From Octopus vulgaris (lineage: Eukaryota): a stretch of DNA of 64,000 bases. The notes under the pieces were generated by a model, which ran no database searches, was not told the origin of the DNA, and worked only from the letters and a program-made list of their open reading frames with translations. The stretch lies in contig OX597817.1 of the NCBI GenBank assembly GCA_951406725.2, positions 102,238,001 to 102,302,000 on the forward strand, in the 5' to 3' direction. This document shows, one piece after another, positions 26,449-39,252 of the stretch. The position numbers and the translations under genes were made by a program. Position 1 is the first letter of the stretch. Each line of letters begins with the position of its first letter.

Positions 26449-26850
26449 GGGCGGCGAGCTGTCAGAATCGTTAGCACGCCGGGCGAAATGCTTAGGGGTA
26501 TTTCGTCTGCGGCTACGTTCTGAGTTCAAATTCCGCCGAGGTCGACTTTACCTTTCATCCTTCCGGGGTCAATTAAATAAGTACCAGTTACGCACTGGGG
26601 TCAATGTAATCGACTCAATCCGTTTGTCTGTCCTTGTTTGTCCCCTCTGTGTTTAGCCCCTTGTGGGTAGTAAAGAAATAGGTATTTCATCTGTCTTTAT
26701 GTTCTGAGTTCAAATTCCGCCGAGGCTGACTTTGCCTTTCATCCTTTTGGGGTCGATAAATTAAGTACCAGTTGCGTACTGAGGTCGATCTAATCGACTG
26801 GCCCCTTCCCCCAAAATTTCGGGCCTTGTACCTAGAGTAGAAGAGAATAT
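26449..26850 (+). mobile_element. Dimeric SINE A: full monomer with Tx1-like tail plus a headless monomer
   Basis: ...gtgggtagtaaagaaata is joined directly to ggtatttc...gagttcaaattccgccgagg... Confidence 0.9.
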
Positions 26851-28129
26851 TATAATAATACTAGTTTCTTCCTATAACACCACCGCCACCATTCCCGCTA
26901 ACATACAGCTACTATCACTATGACCATTATTACACCACTATACAACCATTACTACTACTGCTGTTGTTGTTGCTGCTGCTACTACTACTACTACTACTAC
27001 TACTAAAATTATCACTGGTGTTATACTACTACTACAGTGACTGCCACCAACATTAATATGCTTCTGATCAAAGTCCATCTGGATACCTCTACGTGGTGAC
27101 GCAACCTGCAAGAAAGAGTAACTAAATCTCTAATTTACACAGCTTTTCTGGTTTTTTTTTTCTTTTCTAAATCCATATTGGATAAACTATTCTTGAAAAA
27201 ATAACGCGTTGGTCACTACTAGAATCACTTTAAAAAACATTTTGTCGGTTTCTTTTGAAGACCGGTGACATTGACACTCAACTGTTGTTAAGTCAACAGC
27301 TGCGGGAACAAAAGCGTGTATTGGACATAAAGAACTGGGTGTATTGGTTACTACGAGGTCAGGGGTGGACACAGAATGGTTGATGAGAGAAGAGACAAGT
27401 GTATTAAGAATGTGTGAGTGGACGTGGCATGACACTAACCATGTCTGGGAAGCAGAGTTGCAAAAGAAAAGACGTAGAGAGAAGACAGTACGTTTGCGGA
27501 ACAGAAGTTAGAGTGTATTAAGCGGCTTTTCATTGGTTGAAGTCCAAAGAATAAAAGTAAGCAATTTTTCCAGCACTGAAAAAAAAAAAAAAATCAAGCA
27601 ACGCGTTGTACCTCACTACTTTTATGGACACAAGCCCATTTGAAGATGTGGTTTTCGCAATTCATAAACACACCTTTTAAGCTAACTTCAAGAATTTTTG
27701 TTTAGCACCTGCCCTCAGTTCAGCCATAAGTACTGCGTTATCATATTCTTGGCCGCGAATCATTGATAGAAATGAGTCTTTCTCCAATTCCTTTTTGATT
27801 TCAAATCCCGTCGAGGTTAACTTTACTTTTCAGTCCTCCAGGTTAGATAAAATAAAGTATCAACCAAGTTTTAGGGTATGTGTCAACTTAGGATTAAACG
27901 GCAAGTCTAATTATTACAGCTGAAAGAGAAACGAACAGATAAAAAAATAAACAGAAAATCAGAATGTAAAATCCCAAACATTTCCCTTTTATATGAAATG
28001 TAAATCATATATGACGACACACTACTAATGAACATCAATTTGAGTTATTACAACTAAGCGAGAGCATAACGTGTGAAATTCTACGACAGTGTTAAGGGGT
28101 ATCTGTTAATGTATAATCGGTTTTACTGT

Positions 28130-28450
28130 TGATTTGATACTGTAGTATCCAGCTAGAGATTTTCAGTTTGATATCACAATATTTGTATTTTGTAAATGAA
28201 TACGTGTCATTTTAAAATGAAAAACACGATTTCAAATTGAGCACTCTTCACTTAAACAAAACTTAACCTGACTTCATCTGATAATTCTCCAAACAGGTTT
28301 TACTTTCAGTGCCTTGGGATTGAGGTTTCCATTCAAGATATTCAAGTTGCCGTTTGAATCATCTATCGGTGTATTTGTCAGTACTTAGTCTCAAAGAGGA
28401 ATTACTTTCTGTATATAAAGTAAGGCCACCAGACCTGAACTTACTCTACC
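28130..28450 (-). pseudogene. Highly decayed RTE-like LINE 3' fragment
   Basis: PKAL..LFGELSDEVR resembles RTE IPK.LLYGEL..G.R. Confidence 0.4.
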
Positions 28451-29049
28451 AAATATTCATGCAGAGGTAGCGATCAGTCCTGTTGGTGCAACAAAAGTCG
28501 TATACCGAGTTACTATTCTCAGATAATTAGAACTGGACTTTTGTTATAGCCAACCCACCACCGCTAGAAATAAAAAAAAATGTATTACAACTATATGATT
28601 AGCTTATTGTTTCATTGCTTAACTGGTGTAATTAATCAGAAAAGTTCACTTAGTTGACGTTGCAAATGATGTCATGAATGTGGTGATGCTATATTTTCTA
28701 TCAAATTCGATGTCAGTCCCAACTTAAAAACTGCTGCTCCTACTTTGAGATGGTTATTCTCACTATGAAATCGGTATTCTAACGTTAAAGTGGCGAAGCG
28801 TCATTTTGAAGTAAAATCTGCTCATTTATAATCAGAAATATTCTATTTATATGATTTAAGCTAAAGTTTAACGTGTATGTGTATATGATGACGAATCAGT
28901 CTAGTGGAATGGGAATGAGTACTTTTGGGAAGCTTTATTTAATTTCCAATTGCCGATAAATAGAAGCCATAAGGTGATGTAGTTAATCGTTATGAGCTGG
29001 CACAGATTGAAAATTGAGGAAATTGCCTGTAGATTAGTACCACATCCTA

Positions 29050-29265
29050 AAGCGGCGAGCTAGCAGAATCGTTAACTCGTCGGACAAAAACTGCTTAGCG
29101 GCATTTTGTCTGTCTTTACGTTCTGTGTCCAAATTCTGCCGAGGTCGACCTTGCTTTCATCTTTTCGGGGTTAATAAAAATAGGTATCAGTTGAGCACTG
29201 GGGTCGATGTAATCGACTTACATCTTTCTCCGAAATTGCTGGCCTTGTGCTAAAATTTAAAGCCA
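29050..29265 (+). mobile_element. SINE family A
   Basis: Matches the family A pattern. Confidence 0.9.
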
Positions 29266-29350
29266 ATATTAATGTCATATCCAGGAAGTGATGTGTCTAT
29301 CATCCGTTAATGATGAGAGATATATTTCTTCCTGGATGTGACACAAATAT
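29266..29350 (+). ncRNA. Pre-miRNA-like hairpin candidate
   Basis: 32-position stem (26 Watson-Crick, 4 G-U, 2 mismatches), 7-nt loop and 5-bp basal extension. Confidence 0.35.
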
Positions 29351-30621
29351 GAAAATGCTAAGGAACCAGAGACGAGCGGTGGGTTACTATATTCCTGTAA
29401 AAAATACAATAGTTTCTTAAATTATCATAAGGTCATATCGAATAAATCAACCCTAGTATTTGACTGATTTTATTCAATTGATCCTTGAAGGGTGAAGGGT
29501 AAATTCTAACAATGGGCGCGATCGAAATGAATTCGAAAGACATTTATTTCTGTCATCTGACAACCATGTGGACTGCATCTCCTCAAATAAAATATCCATC
29601 AGAAACACTGCAAAATGTTTTGAACTGATTTAAACTCAGAACATTTGAGTCCGTAGTTCTTGATTGAGTCGTTCATTTTGTCTTGATAAAACTACATCTA
29701 TGTTACATTTTCAGTTACGAACATTCTTACAAATTCCATTGTAAATTATAGTTAATACTGTAATTTCCTCTAATTATCCGCCAAGAAAATGATTAAAAAT
29801 TAAATACAAGCAAAAATAAGGAAGAAAGGGGAAAAGAAAAAAAAAACGATATGCCACAAAGACGAAACAGAAGAAAAGTGGGACCATACTTGAATGTTTG
29901 AAAATTGGTTTGTAAATAAAAAATATATATATAAATAGACACAAATTTACAAATAAACGAACCACTACCGTTGGTTTCTCTTGATGCAGTTTAATGTATT
30001 GCCAGCTTTCGAACCATGTCTTCGTCCGGTCTAAAGATCACCTCTTTCTTGATATGATGTTTCCTATTGCAATAACCTGTGTACTGTATTTTTCTTCTAT
30101 TTCTCCACCAAGTCTGAGAGGTCCTGCAGAAGGTCACGAAACTTGTGAAAGGTCATGGGGCCCTACCCCTCCTCCTTCAGTAAAACGTAAGAAATGTAAA
30201 CATATATTTCGTACAAACACAATATATGGCATCCAACACAATCATACTCATACAGCTGATGATGATAGGTGTCATTGAAGGTCCGAAGAAGACCATGACT
30301 GACTGTTTATGTGCAGATCGGTGACTACGTGCGTTCCAATCGTCAGGTTTGCATCCATCGGCATATTCCTGTCGCTGTAGGACATTAAAAAAGAAGAACG
30401 TCGGCTATACGTATACAGAACTTAGATCCAAATCGACTTTCATAACTCCTGGTAGACCCTCTCCCCTTTACTGGCACGATCCAGAAAAATGCTGAGACAA
30501 AATATCTAAGGCTTCGGCTCAGGAATGTGAGAGGTCTTATCATTTTCAACTAGTAGTGAATATTTACATAATGGATGAAATCATTTCTTGTGTGAGTGTG
30601 CATGCATGTGTATATGTGCAT

Positions 30622-30847
30622 GCGAGCTGGCAGACACGTTAGCGCGCCGGGCGAAATGCTTAGCGGTATTTCGTCTGTCGTTACGTTCTAAGTTCAAATT
30701 CCGCCGAGGTCGACTTTGCCTTTCATCCTTTCGGGGTCGATAAATAAAGTACCAGTTTCGCACTGGGGTCGATGTAATCGACTTAATCCGTTTGTCTGTC
30801 TTTGTTTGTCCCCTCTATGTTTAGCCCTCTGTGGGTAGTAAAGAAAT
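30622..30847 (+). mobile_element. SINE family A with Tx1-like tail
   Basis: Ends ttgtcccctctatgtttagccctctgtgggtagtaaagaaata. Confidence 0.9.
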
Positions 30848-30872
30848 ATATATATGCGAGCATGCGTGTATA

Positions 30873-30923
<51 letters not shown>

Positions 30924-31364
30924 CGATTTGTAATAAAGCATGTTCATCCCATCTTCTCGTATTGAAATTCTTTTGTACAGACTCAACTAATATTCGCAAA
31001 TTTTCACAAGTATATCCAATAAAAGGAGAAGTCCTACAGTATGAAAGCCTCTGGTAGCCGATACCTGAAGCGGCGCTTTGGAATGCACGCTATAAGGTTA
31101 TTACCCAGATAGTATTAAATAACAGAGACTTTAATTCAACACCCGAATAAAGTCGCTATCACAATGCTGCTTGAAAGAAGGAAAAGATCATATTTGATGT
31201 TTCCCTTAAGGACATACCTATATTAAACAAAAAGGAGTACCTGAAATAAGCTAAAGGTCAGTAAAAACTCCTTTATCCATAGAATGAGATGGAAGCGTTC
31301 TTCTCTGGCAAGAGAATTAAAGCGAGCGATATCAATGAATTTGAAGAAACGCTCCAGCGGGTAC

Positions 31365-31510
31365 TTAATTCTCTGAGGAGTACCCCCCACCTACCCATTT
31401 GATACATGGCACCGTTTGAGGAGGAACTCTATAACATAATTAAGAATATAAAATTTAGGAAACTTCCTAAGAGACACAACCAGCACCAGAAAAAAATGTA
31501 AAAAAGTAAA
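31365..31510 (+). pseudogene. Naiad-like PLE N-terminal fragment
   Basis: EYPPP...APFEEELYNIIKNIKFRK..NQHQKKM, homologous to ~8590-8700. Confidence 0.65.
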
Positions 31511-32001
31511 AAATGTTTGAGGAACTGAAAGCAGCAACTGGCAAACCAGTATTGTTACAATTTTTCCGGGTGGGAATTTTTGCGTTTAACACTCACACGC
31601 GCACACACAACTGAATGGATTTCGGTCAGAATATTTCATTGCATGTTCTCAGCTGTTCGATCAATTCAATTGCTTGCTCATTGAATTAATATTCGAATTG
31701 GCTGAGTATACCACTGACACGTGCACACTTGATTAATTCGCAAGTAGAGGGCGCGTGATGCAGTGCGACGTAGCTAGACCTTTGAATTACAATGTCAATC
31801 TATCCGACTATCTTCCACAGTTTCCGTGTATCCAATTTCAATCACATGAATTGTACTGACTAGAGGTTAAAACCAAAAATGTAAAAATATTGCCGACAAG
31901 CGCAGAGCAAAAAGATCCGACACGCAAATTCCAAAATATATAGTTTTGCCTCTAAAGTGTAAATATTAAGGAATAATGGATTGTATAGCGTTTCAGCAAG
32001 C

Positions 32002-32073
<72 letters not shown>

Positions 32074-32479
32074 CCACTAATTCAAAAGCCGAAGTATAAG
32101 TGGATATCAAGCGACGCAGCAAAGATAAAGTACAAGCATTTAGTAACTATCCAAATGCGGTAATCTCTGCTTTACTGAGAAACTCTACTTCATTCCTTAT
32201 TTTGGGATAATGCTAAACTAAAAAGTGAACAAATTGCAATTTGTTGACATATACCAAAATTCTTTCTCAATAACAACATAAAAATACCTTCTGATGCATG
32301 ATAAATATATCAAAAAATTCTTTTTGTTGATACCTACGATCACGTAATCATTTTAATATGCAGGATCTCAATTTTCGCCATGGTCTGGAAGTGTAATTTC
32401 TATGCACCTTATACTCAAATAAATATATGCTTAAATACATACATACATACATAATTAAATAGATATATAGATAGATAAG

Positions 32480-32527
<48 letters not shown>

Positions 32528-32532
32528 GATAC

Positions 32533-32567
<35 letters not shown>

Positions 32568-32663
32568 TATATATATATATATAGAGAGAGAGATAAATAG
32601 ATATGTGTGTGTAAGTATCTCGGATATATAAATATAGGGAAACAAATTTACCGTACGGATAAT

Positions 32664-35110
32664 CTCTTTACTTGTTTCAGTCATGTGAATGTGATCATGC
32701 TGGAGCACCGCCTTCAGTCGAGCAAATCGACCCTAGAACTTATTCTTTGTAAGCCTAGTACTTATTCTATCGGTCTCTTTTCGCTACACCGCTAAGTTAC
32801 GGGGACGTAAACACACCAGCATCGGTTGTCAAGCGATGTTGGGGGACAAACACAGGCACCCAAACATATACGCACACACATACAAATATATATATATATA
32901 TATACCTATATACGACGGGCTTCTTTCAGTTTCCGTCTACCAAATCCACTCACAAGGCTTTGGTCGGCCCGAGGCTATAGTAGAAGACACTTGCCCAAGG
33001 TGCCACGCAGTGGGACTGAACCCGGAACTATGTGGTTCGTAAGCAAGCTACTTTATTTCATTAAGATTTGCCATAAAGGCATTACAAAGAGTAGCTTGCG
33101 GGCTGGACATATACATTGATGAAGTGAATGATGAAACAAGGATGATATTGATGAGAGAAGGCAGAAAACGTCCGCCGCTTTTCTGCTTCTCTAAAACATT
33201 GTTCTTTTTTTGCCATCAAAAACGACAATTATTGGACTTAATAGTCCATTACAAATATATATAATAAATTATTCAATATACAAACAATCTATAAGATCAT
33301 TCCTCCTCATCGGAGCCCCCAAGCAAATGACATGCCGCCTGCAGGAAAGCCTGCATCAGCAGGTCGGGACCCGGAAAGAGGAAAGCAAAGTCTTTCTTAT
33401 TACAGGTCACCATGACCTTGAACAGTTCCTTCTGACTCACGACGTCCGCAGCCACCTGCGGAGGCCAGTCTGGACAGTCTATACAAACTGAGTCCAATCG
33501 TTCTCGGCCTGGAAGACCGTCCAAGCACTTCTCGATAGGCCCTTCCCTGAGATAGAAAACGACGGGTTTCACGTCCTCCTCACGGGGAGGGGTCTCAGCC
33601 CACTCTGTTAGTGGCACAATTCCTACTGACAGAGCCTCTCGCTCCGGTGGCTCACGTTCCACCGAAGGGGTTTCGGAACATGCCGTCGGTGCACCAGCAA
33701 CCCCCGGCGATGCCCCGTTTTTCTTTCTTTTCTTTTTTTCCCCCTTTTTCGCGTCGGGAGAGCGAGGTTCCTCCGGCTTGTCCCTCCCGCCGCCACGGGA
33801 TCCATCGGTGGGCAACCATTGTTGTCCACCTTCTTTCTTTTTTCCTTTCGAGGGGGTTACCTCCTCCTCGACTTTTTCTACACCTCCCTGCTTTTTATGC
33901 CCAGGAGGCTCCGTTGGAGGAAAAACATCCTCCTCTATTAATTTTTCCAGTGCTCTTGCATGGTTGTTGGGGCACTTCCTCTTAATGACCCGATTCCTGG
34001 CACAGGTGACACTTGGGGGGGGGCGTCCCTCAAGAGTCACCGGATACCTAGAACCGGCCATCTTTAGAAAATCTGGGAAGACCAGATCTTTGGCTGATTG
34101 GGTCGATAGGGTCAAAATTGCGTTCGACCCCACCCAATCAGCCACAGGAAGCATTCTAACATTCAAGAGCCTGGCTCCGCTGCCACCCAGATCCCGGCGG
34201 ATAGTGTTCTCTATCCACTCAGGCTCTATTCAGGTTGGCAGGCTACTCACCCAGCCTCTTGTCAATTTCCTTCCACGATATGTGGGGAGAAACAAAATTT
34301 TTCCCCTTCCAGGGGCTGACTAGCAAACAAGCTAGTGTCAAACAGTAAACACACTGTTGCAAATTTGACACCCCTTGCAATATACTTGATAGTTGGTAGG
34401 TATTCTGCCAACTCTTTTTCAATTTCGTCCTGAGAGAACACAGTGATGGTGTCGAGTGACTTGGAGTATGTCCTCAACACCACCATTTTCTCATTTCGGT
34501 CCTCTTGGAGGGTACAATTTCCACTCCAGCACAGTAGTGTTCTTTGTTGCCATGATTTAAAACCACAAAGAAACAAAAAAGAGGTCAACAAAAGTTCAAA
34601 TGTTCTAAATAAAAGTTCAGTAATAAACACAAAAAAAGAACGGAAAGAGAAAAGACGAAGGAGGACAGTTCAATCAACGGCAACACAATTCCACAAGTCC
34701 GATACAGGTACTCCAGCTGCAAAAATAGTCCTTCCTGCCTTGGTACTCCTTGGTAATCCAGTAGAAATTCACAGACACGAAGACAATTTTCGTAAACAAA
34801 TTAATTTTTGCATAGGGGCTACGCCTCTTCAAAAAAATACAATTCTCACTGCAAAGTGAGTCTTTATGCATGACCACAGACAGGCAAATGTCTGGAGCAG
34901 AGTGGAGGCTGTTGCTCACCAAAAAATATTAAATACAAGGCAACAAACTCCACTAAGCCCTAAAAAAATACAACAAACACATACCTGTAGTCGAGCCTCA
35001 AAGTTCAATATTTCACGACGAAAGACGTGACATCAAGCAGCCGAAAAAAAGACGTCCGTTTACAACAAGCGTAAGGAAGCTGCTTACCACACAGCCACAC
35101 CTACGCCTAT
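32664..35110 (-). mobile_element. CORE-type SINE (family B) split by the 33054-35069 insertion
   Basis: The SINE stops at aagcaagctactt (33053) and resumes as aaggaagctgcttaccacacagccac (from 35070). Confidence 0.9.
33054..35069 (-). mobile_element. Complete ORF1-only (half-LINE) non-autonomous Tx1-related retroelement
   Basis: 16-bp TSD with 2 mismatches, 5' UTR, disrupted ORF1 (34553-33297) with CHLCQESGH-KRKC knuckle, ~240-bp 3' UTR ending aaataaag, and no endonuclease or RT. Confidence 0.8.
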
Positions 35111-35633
35111 AAACACATTTCTTTAGAAATATATTCTAGAATTGGAAAGGATTTTCAATAGTTGATCGTTAAAGGTGTAACGAAGATCTATTCGAGGATT
35201 CACCCTCCTAGTTTCTTGAGTTGATTATTAAAAAACTCAAAGTTGTTTGGACTTACCTTATCTACTTCTCTATCCTGATTTATGCTTGCGCATGTGTGTG
35301 TGTGTGTACGCGTGTGTGCGTGCGCGCGTGCGTATGTGTACGCGTGCGTGTGTGTGCGTGTGTGAATGTGTGCGGGTGCGTGCACGCACGAGTGTATGAC
35401 TTTATATATGTCAAAGTATTCCTACGTATTTGTATTTTACGCCCATGTATAGAAATATACTATGCCTATTTTAAAATTCAAAAGTTAAAATTTAAAAGTT
35501 TAAAAAAAATTGTTTTACACACACACTCACACACACACACTCTCTCACACACACACTCTCTCTCACTCTCACTCTCTCACATACATATAATATATACATA
35601 CATACATACAGACAGACAGACACACACACACAC

Positions 35634-35668
<35 letters not shown>

Positions 35669-36020
35669 TGTATGTATGTATGTATGTATGCATGCATGTA
35701 TGTGTAGTGTATGTATATAGACATGCATATATACCCGTATTCACGCTGATCGTTAAGTACAAGCAAATGTGCTCAGATATCAACACGCCCAAAGAGTTAA
35801 ATAATACTATATGAATTAAGAATGCCTCCTTAAGTGAATCTAGGAATTTCTGTTGAATATCAAAAAAGTGGACACACCTAGAGAGCACTCTCTATGGTAT
35901 GGAATACATTAACTGATATGAAACAATAGTTTCATATCAGTATTTCAAATTCAATACAAATGGAATATTTCAAAGTGAAAGACAAAGGCAATTTGAAGTT
36001 AATATAATTAATGAAGAAAT

Positions 36021-36088
<68 letters not shown>

Positions 36089-36123
36089 ACACACATGTAT
36101 GTATGCGTGTATGTATGTATATA

Positions 36124-37369
36124 CGAAGGTGGGTTGGAAAGATCATAGGCTGGCTTTGAAGGAGTGCTAGAACTACGAAATCTTGCATGCATTGATTTTA
36201 ACTTTTCTTAATAATTGCATTTTTTTCCAGGTAAGTTAGCATCTGACTGCTCAAAGAAGACTTCAAAAGTAACTAGTAGCAACAGCAGATATGACGTTAT
36301 CATCACTGAGATACTGGTTCCTAGCCAAGTCTTTTTTCATGTTGGCTAATGGATAATAGATAGGGCCAAATCAAGAGAATAGGGAGGCTGATCAACCAGT
36401 TCAAAGTCAGTCACGTAGAGCAGCCATTTAACCCAAAGACTTATATGCTGGAAGATTGCCCTGATGAAACAGGATCCCTTTCACCAGTGTCCCTGGGTGT
36501 CTGATAGCCTTTTGTAACTGACTAAGCAATTTTGCATAACACTCGCCATTGATGGTGTGGTCCTTTTTAAGATAGTCAATAAACACAATGCCTTTTGCTT
36601 GCCAAAAACTGAGGCAGTACGTTCCCTGCAGATGAAATGACCTTGGCCTTCTTTAGAACAGGTGAGGGGTGTTTTCACTGCATGGATTGTCTGTCTCTGG
36701 CTCAAAGAGATAAACCCAACGCTCATCCTGGGTTAAAAATCGTTCCAGGAAACCATCTGGATCTGCCCGAAACAATGTCCGATTTTCCCCTAATGTGATC
36801 AGCCGGGTGTGCTTTTGATCAGGTGTCAGAAAATATGGCACCCACCAAGAAGAAACCTTCGTCATGCCAAGTTCATTGCGCAGAATATTCTCAACTCTCT
36901 CGCGGGATATACTAATAGCTTTGGCGATTTGATTTATAGACAATTACCTGTCATCCATCATCATGTGGTGAACATGATCAATGTATTCCTTGGTGGTGGC
37001 AGTTGCAGGACGTCCAGAGCTTCAGTCATCTTCAAGACTCTCCCTACCCGTCCTAAATTCAGCTGACTTGCACTGTCGCTAAATCTGGAACGTCACTCCT
37101 AATCTAACAATCATGTCAGCATGACTGTCCTTGGGGGTTACACCTTTTTTCTGCAGGTACTTGATAACAACACGATGCCAAGTTTTGTCAATTTTCAACA
37201 GAAGTTGCTACTAATTACTTTTGAAATCTTCTTTGAAGAATCAGAAATGAGTTTACCTGAAAAGAAACAATTTAGTTATTAATAAGATTTCAAATTAATA
37301 CATGGAAGATTTTACAGATCTAGATTTTTTCTTTCATAGTCAGCATATGAACCTTTTAGTCCACCATCG
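36124..37369 (-). mobile_element. Mariner transposon with ~160-bp inverted ends and TA TSD
   Basis: TA-cgaaggtgggttggaaag...tagtccaccatcg-TA. Motifs KVSSWWVP, FLTQDERWV and QPPYSLDLA. Confidence 0.92.
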
Positions 37370-37593
37370 TAAATGTATTAGTTAATTAATTAACCAATAT
37401 ATAAATATATTGAGTGAATGATTGATAGACAGAGACGATTGGGTTGAAGAAGAGAAAAATAGAGAAAATAAGGGCGGTGGGAGTAGTATTAAATCTATGT
37501 AAGGTATGCGTGCATGTTTGGATGCGATAATGAGTGCGTGTGATAGAGAATGTAGAAAGAAAGTGGGATTTCTGATAGACAGGCAAATCGGCT

Positions 37594-37665
<72 letters not shown>

Positions 37666-37671
37666 AACAGG

Positions 37672-37743
<72 letters not shown>

Positions 37744-37908
37744 TAGATATCGTTGCTGACTCTAGTATAGAAATATGGAAGAAATGTAATACATGCGAGC
37801 TATGCAATCGAATGAGCCTAATTTCAAACCCAATAGCTCTCTATCTCTCCCTCTCTCCACCCTCTCCACCCTCTCACGATATATATATATATAAATATGT
37901 GTGTGTGA

Positions 37909-37940
<32 letters not shown>

Positions 37941-38887
37941 ATGTATGTATGTATGTATGTATGTATGTATGTACGTATGAATTAAGCGGGCGGGCGCACA
38001 TACACACACATTTTGTAACATACTTTCTGACACTCAGACAACACCACCACGCCATTCCTTTCCGTTAAACCGGCTTCCAGATCCCTTCCTTAACATCGTT
38101 ACATCGTACACCCACTCATTGCAGAAAGAAGCTATCGCCATTCTAATACTTACTACCCATACCACAGTTCACATCCTGTAATTCTTACGTCAGTTATTCT
38201 ACGGTCACGCAGATCTTTGTTGGAAGTAAGATTAACATAACCGAGTAATAAATGAATGAACGAAGAAGAAGAAAAAGAAGAGTGATAAAATATAAATAAA
38301 CAAATAAATAAATAACTAAATAGATGGATAAACGAAAGGTGTCAGCAAGTTGCGGGGGCGTAACTATTTCAGTCTGGCACTTTCCATTGCCGAATCAGCG
38401 ATAAATAAATACATAGTATATTGTGCGGCGAAAGTTACCTGCCATTTAAGAAAATGAGTGGTCGTCATTATAATTACTAGCTTCTTTTCCACAGGCTATG
38501 TTGTTTCATCTGAATGAAAACGTACACCTTATATACATAGACACACGCATAAGGTATTAGTAAGCAAACGCAAGCTCGTATACACACGCATTAATATAAA
38601 TATATACACCGTACTACGCAGACGCAAACTAGCACACAGAAACACATAACCGCACACAAATGCACTCATATATATTCCCTGTATAGAAAAGCATACAATA
38701 TGTACGGCTCACGCTATTATGATCGCAAGTACGCACAGATTTACTTACACACTCGCACACACTCGTCAAATATGATGCAGAAAACGAAAAACAGATGATA
38801 CATACAAGTAACATATATATATATATACACAGAAATACGCAGACACACATATCCATATGCACACTAAACAAGTAGAAAGTTCGCAGA

Positions 38888-38959
<72 letters not shown>

Positions 38960-39197
38960 ACAATTATCAGAGATATTGTATGAACACGCATATACACAAT
39001 CGCACAGTCACATATATTCACTGAGTAACTAAAAAAGTAGACGATTTTACAACATTTTACACACACGCGCGCACGCACGCATTCCACCCCACCACCACCA
39101 CCACCACCACAGAAATACATACACACATTCATATATTCACAGAAAATCAGGCAGGAAGGAAGTAAACGATAATGCTAAGATATTACTGCACGCACAT

Positions 39198-39252
<55 letters not shown>

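Noticed and set aside
30000-30160. Two hammerhead-like strings (cggacga..gaaagct; ctgcaga..gaaac..gtc)
   Set aside because: The stems do not pair convincingly.
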